From: Eledone cirrhosa
Taxonomy: Eukaryota
Assembly (NCBI GenBank): GCA_964016885.1
Contig: OZ024741.1
Location: forward strand, 59,024,001-59,088,000
Length of the DNA stretch: 64,000 nucleotides
Reading direction: 5' to 3'
In this document: positions 52,318-64,000 of the stretch, piece after piece
How the letters are laid out: every line of letters starts with the position of its first letter
How positions within the stretch are numbered: position 1 is the first letter of the stretch
The notes under the pieces: model-generated
Databases searched by the model: none
Seen by the model: only the letters and a program-made list of their open reading frames with translations
What the model was told of the DNA's origin: nothing
Program-made: the position numbers and the translations under genes

Positions 52318-54067
52318 CTAGATAGAGGAAACTATAGAGGTATAAAGTTGATGGACCAGGTCATGAAAGTAACAGAAAGAGTTATAGCACAGCTGATTAG
52401 GGACCGGGTGAATATAGACGAGATGCAATTTGGGTTTGTACCAGGAAAAGGCACCACTGATGCCCTCTTCCTTGTGAGGCAATTACAGGAAAAGTACCTA
52501 GCTAAAAGTAAGCCACTCTACTTGGCATTTGTCGACCTTGAGAAAGCCTTTGACAGAGTTCCACGTGCAGTAATCTGGTGGGCTCTTAGAAAACTAGGAG
52601 TAGATGAATGGCTTGTGAAAGCGGTACAAGCCATGTATAGGGGAGCAGTCAGCAAAGTTAGGATTGGCAATGAGTATAGCGAGGAATTTAGCGTACAGGT
52701 TGGGGTTCACCAGGGCTCTGTTCTTAGCCCTCTCCTGTTCATCATAGTCCTGCAGGCAATAACGGAGGAGTTTAAGACCGGATGCCCATGGGAACTCCTG
52801 TATGCTGATGACCTCACACTCATAGCTGAATCTATGGTAGAACTAGAGAATAAATTCCAAACCTGGAAGCAGGGGCTAGAGAGAAAGGGCCTCAAAGTCA
52901 ACATGACAAAGACTAAGGTCCTTATAAGTAGACGAGAAAACAGAACCCAGATCCCCTCAGGGAAATGGCCTTGCTCAGTATGTAGGAAAGGTGTAGGTAG
53001 GAACTCCATTCTCTTCCCCAAATGCAAACAATGGGTACACAAGAGATGTAGCGGGATCTCAGGAAGCTTAATTAAGAATGTAGGATTCACATGCAGCAGC
53101 TGTGCTGAAACAGCAAGCAAACAGCCACAGGAAACAAGTACCACCAATCTCTGGGAGGGCCCTGTAGAAACAGTAGACAGCTTCTGCTACCTAGGTGACC
53201 GAATTAGCAACGGAGGTGGGTGCTCAGAAAGTACAATAACTAGGGTAAGAACGGGATGGAAGAAGTTTAGGGAACTACTACCACTGCTAGCTGCAAAAGG
53301 CTTCTCCCTCAGAATGAAAGGCAGACTGTATGATGCGTGTATCCGAACAGCGATGTTGCATGGTAGTGAGACCTGGGCGCTGAAGGTGGAAGACTTACGT
53401 AGATTAGAGAGAAACGAAGCCTGCATGCTCCGATGGATGTGTAACAGTAATATACGTGAACGACAAAGCATAAATGAATTGAGAGAGAGACTGAGCATAA
53501 GAGGAATCAAATGCTGCGTGCAGGAGAGGCGGTTACGCTGGTATGGACATGTGATGCGTATGAAGGATGACAGCTGCATAAAAAGGTGCAGAGCACTAGA
53601 AGTTGATGGAAACCGCGGAGTGGGGAGACCCAAGATGACTTGGGATGAGGTGATAAAAGCCGACCTTACCCAACTACACCTCTCAAAGTCAATGACACAC
53701 GACCGTGACTTCTGGCGTCACGCAGTAATACAGGGTACCCGACCTCCCATGGGTACATGCTGAAGCATATAGACAATATGCCCCCCCCCCCCCTACCGCA
53801 AGGTGGTCGTGGAGGTGCCACGGCAAAAAAGCACCCAGCCCACACTGTAAAGTGGACGTGTAGGCGCCACGAAAAAGCACCCAGCACTCACTGTAAATGA
53901 GGTTGGTGTTAGGAAGGGCATCCAGCTGTAGAAATCAAGCCAGATCAGTTCCTGTATGAGCAAGGCATGGTCAGCCGACCAGACACTGCCCACAACAGGA
54001 CAACCCGTTTAACCCATGCTAGCGTGGAAGAACGGACGTAAAACGGTGATGATGATGATGATGATGA
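52318..54067 (+). mobile_element. RTE LINE subfamily B, 5'-truncated with uninterrupted RT/C-terminus
   Basis: ORF to 53763 with all RT motifs from DRGNYRGIKL onward; 3' UTR; (GAT)n tail. Confidence 0.95.
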
Positions 54068-54282
54068 CATAGTATATTTTATATTATTTATTATATATTA
54101 TTTACAATTTGTGTGTAGGCAGGTCTCTCTGAAAATAGGGGTTGGGGCGCTGAGGGTATTACGTAGTTGTGAGGGGGGAGGGGTAGCCCCAAAAGTTTGA
54201 GAACCTTTGATCTATGTGGTGTTTATATATTCAGTCAACATCTATGGATTATGTCTGTCTATATATTCAGCCAACATCTGCA

Positions 54283-54710
54283 CCATGGTTGCCCAACTTT
54301 TTTTTTTTTTACTCACAGCACATTTTAAAACAACTAAAATCATTTTGGTGCAGATGTACCAAAATATACCTAAATTCGAAAATTCATTCTGAATAGGTAT
54401 TTATACATATTAGCATAGCATGAAGTAGAAATATTGATAAATAAAAATGTAGAAAAAATATTTGTATTTCCTTCTTTAGTCAATAAATAGAACAAAGTTA
54501 TGAATGATAAACATGCACTCAGTGTTTCTTGGCAATCTTTCCATTCTTAGTTTAGTTGTTTCCCACTTTGACAGTTATATATGAACTTTATTGTGAATTT
54601 CAATTTGTAATTTTCACATTTTGAAACAGAATCTTGTGCTTTTATTGTATCCCTAATTATATCTTGTGGTACACTAGTGCACCATGGTACATAGTTTAAG
54701 AGCCCTCTGG
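54283..54710 (+). mobile_element. hAT-type MITE (degenerate)
   Basis: CATGGTTGCCCAAC...GTTTAAGAGCCCTCTG degenerate termini; similar to the 51872 copy. Confidence 0.45.
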
Positions 54711-55707
54711 CTTTGAGGAACAAAGTTTAACAAAGTTCTTTAAACAAAAGAATTTTACTACTTCCTGATAATTAGGTATTGCACAGTTGGAATAGCTACA
54801 AAAAATTACATTTTCACTTTAGCATAATTATATATTGATTGCGCAATTTCGTTATTGGAATTGTAACAGTTTAACCATAGTGGTTTTTCTTTGAAATACA
54901 AGTGTAAGAATCTTCTAGAAAATAACGATTGCCATAAAATTTATTGATTTGTCTTTACAAAGTAAGAAGGAATTGAACAACTTTAATTCCAAGTTACTTT
55001 GTGTTTTTTTTATACAACATGTGAGGCGCGTTTAATCTTCATCTTTTACATATACTGTATATTCCTCTACTAATATATTTCCCTAATTTTGTGGAACACA
55101 CTAAATGCTAGAATTTAATTTAGTAATGTAGAGTTCCATCCAATTTTGATGTTTATTAAACACAACACACTCTAAAAGTATTATTGTCAGGCTTAAATCC
55201 ATGTGATCCATCTCAAATCACATCATTTCGTGTGTTTTGCTAAAAAGAAAAGTCTTTAAATTTGCAAATGAACATTTGATAAAATCACTGAAATAAAAGT
55301 GCCCAATAATTCTGTAAGAATCACAGAATATTCACGTATTAATAAACATTTTCCTCTCATAAATTGACTTTAATATTCATACTGAATATACATACATATA
55401 TGCATACATAGTTTCTATGTTAGAAACAGACTCTCTCTCTATTGGTAAAAATGTATAAATTCATAAAACCAGAAGAACATACATACACATACTATAGTGG
55501 GTGTTTAAAATACAATTGTACATTCAAACATTAACTAAATGAGTACTCAATACATGTGAGCTGAGTGAAAATTTGATATGCTAAAGAGATAAGTGGCATT
55601 GACTTCAAAGTTTTGGCTTATTGCTTCATCTGGCTGCCATATGAAGCAATAAGATGAAACTTCAAAGTCACTGCCACTATTTTCTTTAGAATATCTATCT
55701 ATCTATC

Positions 55708-56230
55708 TATCATTGTTTAGCCTCCATTTTCCATGCTAGCAAGGGTAGGACGGGCTGAGCCTTTGTGAGGCATCAGGTCAGAACACCATGTTTCACTCAT
55801 ACAGAACTGATATGGGCTTGGTTTCTACAACTGGATGCCCTTCCTAATTCCAACCACATTTACAGAGAGTACTGGGTGATTTTTGTCATGAAACCTACAC
55901 AAACACTTTACAGTGAGGGCTGGGCATTTTTTGTTGTGTTGACTGGGTGCTTTTTGTCATGACTCCTACATGACCACTTTACAGTGTGGACTGAGTGCTT
56001 TTGTTGTGGCTCCATAGCTACCACCAACTTTGAGTGCCCTGCACCTTTTTATACAGTTGTCAGTTTTCATACCCATCACATGTCTATCCATAATAACACA
56101 ATCTCCTCTCCTGCACACAACATCTGATCCTTCTTGTGACTAATTTCTCACGCAGTTCGTTAATGCTTTGCCGTCCATGTATATTGCTATTGCACAGCCA
56201 TCAAAGCATGGAGGCTTCATTTCTTTCCAC
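55708..56230 (-). mobile_element. Old RTE 3' fragment with UTR
   Basis: Reverse complement of RTE C-terminus (ERNEASML) and of the ggaagggcatccag UTR motif. Confidence 0.7.
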
Positions 56231-56525
56231 ACACATATATATATGTATGTATGTAAGCAGGTAAGTTTACAAAGAAATTGGGCAAATTTGAAAATATGAA
56301 ATTTATTTGCTTTTTATTATGTAAAACCACGATTTCTTTAATAATAAAATAGTTGAATAAGCTGGAGATGGAAAAAGATACCTGCAGCAATCAAACCAAG
56401 CACCTGCCATATGTCTGTGATCATCGTTTACCATCTGCAAGGAAAATTTATTTAACTTATTTGACTATTATAGACAATATATGAATTGTGGCAGTTTTTT
56501 CATAAAAATGTATGTATGTATGTAT

Positions 56526-56992
56526 GTCTTTGAGAAAAAGCGAGTAGAGCATGCTGTTCTGAAGCATTCTCTCCTTAAGCAGGACCCAAGTGCAGTGCCT
56601 GCAAAAATCCAGCAGGAATTGAGGTACAGTGTATGTGGCCAATTTCTTCTATCAAGAGCTGAATTTGTCAACCATCTGAAATCACATGAAGCAGGGAGAA
56701 ATCGAACCATTTGTGAGATGGTTCTACCACCACACACTCCATGGTACATTTGTAGTGAGTATGACTTAAATTGCAAGTCAGCTGTTGGACTGATCAGGCA
56801 TGGTAGAATGTATGAAGACACACCCCAGCCAGTATTGCCAGGAGACAGACAGTTCAAGTGTGACATCTGTAAACATGTTTGCAAAACAAAAGCAGGTTTG
56901 AAAAGTCACCTGCATGCACATGATCATGCAATGTTCAATGAAGGGCTGGCACTCTTCTGACAAGAACTAGCAATCAACATGTATGTATGTTC
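56526..56992 (+). mobile_element. 3' end of an RTE-group LINE with three C2H2-type fingers
   Basis: FEKKRVEHAVLKH followed by degenerate fingers and CDICKHVCKTKAGLKSHLHAH; bounded by (ATGT)n; no splice signals. Confidence 0.55.
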
Positions 56993-57971
56993 TGGTTTTA
57001 TAACATCAGCTAGGTAGATATGTATGTATGTCAGCATGTGTGCATGTGTATGCAGGTATGAATGTTATTTGTATGTGTGGATGTGTATGTTTTGAGTGTG
57101 CATGTGTATATGCAGTTATAATGTTGGGAAAAAATTCAATAACCAAACTTCATGAAACTGCATCTGGCTCTATAATACAAAACTGTTTATTTTTGGAGTA
57201 TTTATATTTATGGAAAAACCTTCCATAATAATTTTATGTAAGAACCTTTGTTAAGTTATGTTACAAACATCAGCATAATATTGAGAAAGTTATTTATGTT
57301 ACTCAAATCTGTCCAAATTCTTATTTAAAAACATTCCATCATAATTTCATGTAAGAAGCTCAGTTCCAAACAACAGATTAACAATGAGAAAGTTGTTGTT
57401 ATTTTATAACTAAAACCTTCAAAATTCTGGATTATTTAAAAAAAATATTTGAAATTCATAGGCAGTATCATTTCCTTATAAATATCATAATGAAAGGGTT
57501 AAATGAACTAACAATGATAGTTTGCTAATCTGTAGCATGGAATATGCTAGTGGCCATAATTTTAACAGATTAGAATCCACGGTAGAGACAAATATATTTT
57601 ATATATTTAGATATTTACTGCGTAGCGGATATTTACTTTTCGTTCTATACTGTTGATTATGTTAGATAAAAAGGGAATCATGTATTTTGTGACAGCTTTC
57701 TTCTCGCTACCAACCCTTTTTCTCTCTAAACATATAAATAACATGTATGCTCATGTGTGTATATGTAGTTGCATGTGTATATAGAGAAGTATAGATACAC
57801 ACATGTACACATGTGTGTTTGCTTGTATATGTATATATATATATGTGTACATATATATATATTATATTATATTATATTATATATGTATATATATATAATA
57901 TATATTATATTATATATTATCTGTATATATATAATATATATATTATATTATATATTATATATATATTATAT

Positions 57972-58049
<78 letters not shown>

Positions 58050-58827
58050 ATGTACACACACACACATATATCGCATATATATATATATATATCATCATCA
58101 CCATGATTTTACGTCTGTTTTTCATACACACTCACACACACACACATAACATTCATCTTTTAACCAACAAAAGATATCTGAGTTTCTTTACACAATGTTT
58201 TTTTTCTTTTCTCTTTTATTTTACATCTTTTCATCGGTTCACGATCGATGTGTTAACTTGGTATTCCTCCCCACCCACCCTTTTTTATTCCTTCTTCAAC
58301 GAAGACTAACTGTTTATTTAATCTTTTTCCTTTTGTTAATATCTCATATTTCACTGTATATGCTTGCAGGTTCTTTGCTTGCCCCTTCCCCCAACCAGTC
58401 ACATTATTATCCTCTTTCTATTTGGCCGTTTCTTTAAAATAGGTGTACAGCTCAGCACTACATTTAGTTTTTTGCAAAAATACTAGCCTGCAGCGCATTA
58501 TACGTCATTGTTATTATTATTAAAAAATAGAAACTTTTATTATTATTTTTATTATTATTATTATTGTTGTTATTATTATTATTATTATTGTCATTATTAT
58601 TACTATTATTATCATCATCATCATCGTCATCATAGCTGTTATTGTTGACCTGTTGTTATTATTACTAAAAATTATCATCATCCCCATTATTATTGTTTAT
58701 TTATTGATATTGTTATTATTATTATTAGTAGTAGTCGTAATAATAATAGTAGTAGTAGAATTTATATTAGTATGTGTTGTTGTTGTTGTCAGGAATTATA
58801 TTGGGTAAACTGAAAATCGAATATTTC

Positions 58828-58928
<101 letters not shown>

Positions 58929-61900
58929 CCCCTCCTTTATCCATCTGTCATTCCTTTTCATGAAACACACCTCATGTCACATTGCCTCTTTGTCTTTCTT
59001 TCTTTCTTGCTCTCTCTCTCTCTCTCTCTCTCTCTCGCACACACACATACACACACACACACACTTTCTCTTTCTCATTATCCTTTATTCTCTCACATTC
59101 TTTCTTTCTCTGTGCCCCCCCCCCTCTCTCTCTGTCTATCTATCTATTCCCTTTTATGCTTCTGTCATCCATTTTCACCAAATACACATCATGTCTCCTC
59201 TTTACATAGATAGCAATATCCTCTAATGTAAAGACAACTTTTCATAAAGCATATTCACATCGAATAGAACGTGTGGCCTGTGGAAACATTTTTTTTCCCC
59301 TTTCTTTCGTCTAAAATCACACTTCAGTGTATTTGTCTTACAAAGTTGTTGAAAGACACTTTCTACTATAAGATAGAAACATGTCATACTGATAAAGCTA
59401 TAGACAGACAAATATATTTACATAGAAAAACATACATATACAGCATGGCTGAATGGTTAAGGAGTTTCGTTCAGAATCATTAGATCGAGAGTTCGATCCC
59501 AATGCATGGCATCTTGAGTGAGTCTCATTTGGGTTGACCCATTCATTATGAGTGAAATTGGGAAGATATAAACTGTTTGGAAGCCCATCAGATGGACTGC
59601 ACCTGTAAGTCAAATGGGGTGGGGTGGTGTCAGCTATGTCACATACTGTGTCACACTAAATCTCTTTGAAAATTACATTAAGGGTACACATGTCTGCAGA
59701 ATGCTTTGACACATACACATTAATTTCTTGAGCAGACTTTTCTGTTTATCAAACAACTGGAACACTCGTCAGAAAGGACATAAGTTCATGGGAGGCAGAC
59801 AAATATATGTACATGGAAAAACAAACATATATATATTTATACGTGCATGTATTGTTGTTGTTATACCACCATCACTTTCAAAGACAAGTGATCCAGTTGA
59901 TCCAAAGAAGGAAATAGCCTGTTGGTGACATTAATGTACAAGTGGCTGAACATTACACAGATACATGCACCCTTCACATAGTTATCAAGAAGATTCAGTG
60001 TGATATAGTGTATGGCTGGCCCATTGAATTACAGGTACAATTCATTTTTTTCAGCTGAGTTGACTGGAGCAAGAGGAAATATAGTGCTTTGCTAAGGAAA
60101 CAACACACTGTTAGGAATCAAACTCACGACCCTACAATAACCGTTAAACCAAAAACATTCACAAATTTTATTTATATCACATCTGATACTGTTGTATTTA
60201 ATCTATATAATATCTTACTTTTACTATTTCATCTTAGATTGATTTTTATTCAATAGAATATTCAATCTAAACTTAGAGAGTTTTTACTTCTTAAGAAAAT
60301 AATATTCAATTCCTTTCTCATTTCAGCCCAACCCTCTCTCATAGAAAAATTCTTAAAACTTTTACCTTCTCAATGATACCAAAATCTTGTTCTTCCTGAT
60401 TCTTAGCCAATTCTATTTCTAGAAACGGCGACAAGTCTACTATTCTCAGATGTGTTCGTTGTTAGTTTGTAAAAGTCTGTCGTCTCCGATCTACTCCAGA
60501 AATTATCTTTCCTATCGAGTATATTTTAGCTATTTCCTCTTCAAGGAGCAGTAATGTTGCTATATAATGCAAATAAAATATTAAGAACTTTTTTTTTCCC
60601 ATCAGATTATTGCTTTTTGTCTTTTATGCTGTAGAAAAATCCCGATATAAAACATATCCCTGAGACAATGTTATAAACGACCAAGATTGATTTATGCAGC
60701 TAAAGATTAAAGAATAGTTAGTTATGTCCTGTATAGTCCTAAATATGTCTCTTAGAAATGAAGAAGGGCAAAACTAAGTGGTAATTAATACCTGAAGTTA
60801 CATGCTTTTTTTTTTTGTCAGATGATGTCTCATATGAATATCTACTGTATGAAGGTGTGGCTTATGATTAGGGTGTTTGACTTAAGATCATAACATCATG
60901 AGTTCAATTCCTGGTGGTACCGTGTGTCTTTAGTCAAGGCACTTTATTTCATGTTGCTTCAATCCACTTACCTGGAGAAAAATGAATTGCTCTCATAATT
61001 CAACAGGCCAGCCTCGTCACACACTGTGCCATGCTGAATCTTCCTGAGAACTATATTAAGGGTCACATGTCAGTGGTACACTCAGCTACTTACACTATAA
61101 CACAAGATGGATTATACTTGTCATACACTGTCTCATGCTGAATCTCCCTAAGAACTACATTAAGGATATACATGATTGTGGAATACTTAGCCACTTACAC
61201 TATAATACAAGATGAACTGTACCTGTAATTTAAAGGTCCAGTTATGTCACACACTGTGTCAGACTGGATCTCCCTTCATCTTTCCATGAATCTTTTTTAA
61301 AACATCTAAAACTTCTTAAACTAGATACCACTCTAAACTAGAAATTAGCTTAAATTAGACAACTTCTTAAACCCCTTAAACAAGATACCCTCTTAAATTA
61401 GACATGCTCTTAGATATCATCTTAAACTAGATACCCTCTTAACGTAATTAAACTAGATAACAGCTTAAAGCTTTAATTTATTGCTATAATCCTCAATTTT
61501 CCTCATTGTAGTCACTTAATGTCACCATTGTCATATGTAAAGAAATCTAAAGCAATTAATATTAAACATTGCTTCCTCCACACTCCATTACAATGAAAAG
61601 GTAGAGAGAACATATATAGAGAAGGCTACATGATTGGTATTATCTAAATTACATGTTTATCCTGACTGTAGTTATTCTCAATAACTCCTAAAGAGATTAT
61701 GTTCAACACAAGAAATAGGTGATGGCATACATGTTGCTTCCTATCATCTGTTAGTTTATTTTTTCACCATCTAACTACAACAACAACAAGAAGTGATTTA
61801 AGGTTTCCTTTAAACAATTAGGCTGATTGAAAAAGTCAAATAATCTTGTTAACACACATTTTTAACGATTTGCTATTTTTTAGTTAATTATCAGCCACAT

Positions 61901-62853
61901 ATGGTTGCATTTCTACATAGTTCTTACACAAGAATCACTTAGAAAAAAAATGTTTGCTTTTTATCTTTTGAAAAGTAATGAAATATTCACGATTTTTTAT
62001 TGTTTTGTTTTTCCAGTTGGGAAACTGACATAATAGCTTAAAAAGAATCCAATTATTTGTGATATTTGCCGTGTTAGAAAATAATTGCCACCGTCTTCAA
62101 AGATTACGAATCATTTCCCACTTGAAAGAAATACAGGCGGAACAATGATGGAATACTTAAAAGTTGTTCTAATGTTGGGAGTGTTTGTGTATGGTTTTCA
62201 AGGGTGTCATTGATTTTTATGTTTTGTCTAATGTGGTATGTATCTGGTGGGCATGGTTAAGTGTAGGTTTGCGGTTTATGTTTGCTTGAGTTCATGGATA
62301 GCATTGGTTTGATGGGGATTTGTTTGTGTTTGAAACAATAGTCATAGTTATATCAATATATAAAATATTATAAAAATAATATAAATAAGCATCAATACTG
62401 AAAAATGATATAAAATAAATAATATATATAAACAACAATACTGAATATTAAAAACAAAATAATAATATATAAAAACAATATTACTGGAAAATATGAAAAT
62501 AATATGAAATAAATAATAAAACAGTAATTAGGAATATTGAAAATAATTAAAAGGTTATACAACACAAGAATACATTATAATAAATAAAAATTATCTTAAG
62601 TGGTTAAAAGAAATTATCAAATTTATTTTTAGCTAATGGCAGCTAAAGGTAGAACTGGATCACAATGAGTAAGACTGCACTAATTTGACATCCATGAACA
62701 CAGCATGGTGGTTGTATTGTTAAATACTTTGCATTGCAATCATTACGGTACGGGTTCAATCCTACTGTGTGGCATCTTGGGCAAGTATTATTTACAATAG
62801 CGAGGTAAATTGGGTTGACAGAAACTGCTGTAAGCACATTCTATAAATGTGTG

Positions 62854-62884
<31 letters not shown>

Positions 62885-62902
62885 GTCATCATCATCATCA
62901 TC

Positions 62903-63920
62903 AGGACCAAAGATGTGAGGTATTCACTGATGCTGAAAAAAAGTAGCCTAGAAATGCCATTATGAGAAATGGCTGAATGAAGAGAATGCATGGAAGGGAG
63001 ATAGTCTGCCCCAAGTTACCAAACAGAGGGACTAGCCATAAGAGTCAGCAGTAACATTGTAAGGCAATTAAGAGGGTAGTTACTGAAATGTTGAAAGCAT
63101 CTGGGATGGTGAGTCACACCCTAACCACCTATTTCATAAACCATGTAATACAAAATGGTGCTATACCCAATGACTGGCATAGCAGCATCATTATCAACTG
63201 TTACAAGTGCAAAGGTGATGCATTAGGCAGAGGAAACTATAGAGGCATCAAGTTGATAGATCAGGTCATGAAAGTTACCAAAAGAGTTATTGCACAGTTG
63301 ATTAGTGAAAAAACGTTTGTTGTGAGCAGAGGTAGTAGCTTCCTGAACTTGTTCTATCCTGTTCTCATCATAGATACTATACTCTTAGACCAATCTCTTC
63401 CACTGCTAACTAGATCTCCTAGGTAATAGAAGCTCTCAACTGCTTCTATAGATCCTTCATAAGATTGGAAAAAGTTTATTTCATTGATATTCTTACTACT
63501 AACTATCCCTGTGCATCTCTTACTTATAAAGTCTACTTTTTCTGATTGTGTACCCAAGATTTCCATTTGCATTCACTGTATAGAGATTTGACCTACTCCT
63601 TTTCAACATATCAAGCAAGGCCACTTCCCTGAAGAGATTAGGGTCTCATCTCCTTTCATACTCAGTAAGACTTTAGCTTTTCCAAAGTTTACTCTAAGCC
63701 ATTGCTGTTTCCAAAGCTGGAGTTTCTTTTCTATCTCTTCTGCAAATTTGGCTATGGAAACTTGGTCAACAGCATATAGGAATTCCCATGGTCTTCCAGT
63801 TTTAAACTCTTCTGTTATGGCTTGGAGAACTATAATAAACAGGAGTGGGCTGAGGATCGAACCATAACGGACACCAACCTGCACATTGAATTCCTACTAA
63901 ACACATTACTTACTCTCACT
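62903..63920. mobile_element. Rearranged old RTE fragment (plus 62903-63310, minus 63318-63920)
   Basis: KGDALGRGNYRGIKL on the plus strand; GSILSPLLF and YAVD on the minus strand. Confidence 0.8.
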
Positions 63921-64000
63921 TTAGGAGAAGAGAGATAGGAATGAAGTTATGGGTGTATGGCATGTGTAGTGTGATTTGACAGGGTGATGAGTTGATGGAA

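Noticed and set aside
56481-56960. Host C2H2 zinc-finger gene
   Set aside because: Fingers are degenerate, lack TGEKP linkers, and the segment is bounded by (ATGT)n; it fits a LINE C-terminus better

Overview
Repeat-dense, AT-rich animal DNA, probably intergenic or intronic, with no confidently identifiable host gene. The abundant (TA)n/(CA)n microsatellites, RTE LINEs with (GAT)n tails and tRNA-derived SINEs suggest a cephalopod (octopus-like) genome; this is an inference. The window holds more than 10 truncated RTE LINE copies of several subfamilies, one L1/Tx1-type LINE fragment, a DD37D (maT) transposon, piggyBac-, Tc1- and hAT-type MITEs, a non-autonomous Helitron, SINEs, and a near-intact Penelope-like element (RT + GIY-YIG) with hammerhead ribozymes (HHRs) in its direct repeats. 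The most striking feature is a set of HHR-bearing elements. (i) About 10 near-identical 310-bp highly structured units each carry a minimal type I hammerhead and form two oppositely oriented tandem arrays, a ~2.8-kb palindrome, resembling a retrozyme or circular-RNA template. (ii) A 405-bp inverted pair carries a closely related hammerhead. (iii) Two fold-back remnants appear to be inverted at hammerhead stem II. Most ORFs in the supplied track are microsatellite or antisense artefacts.
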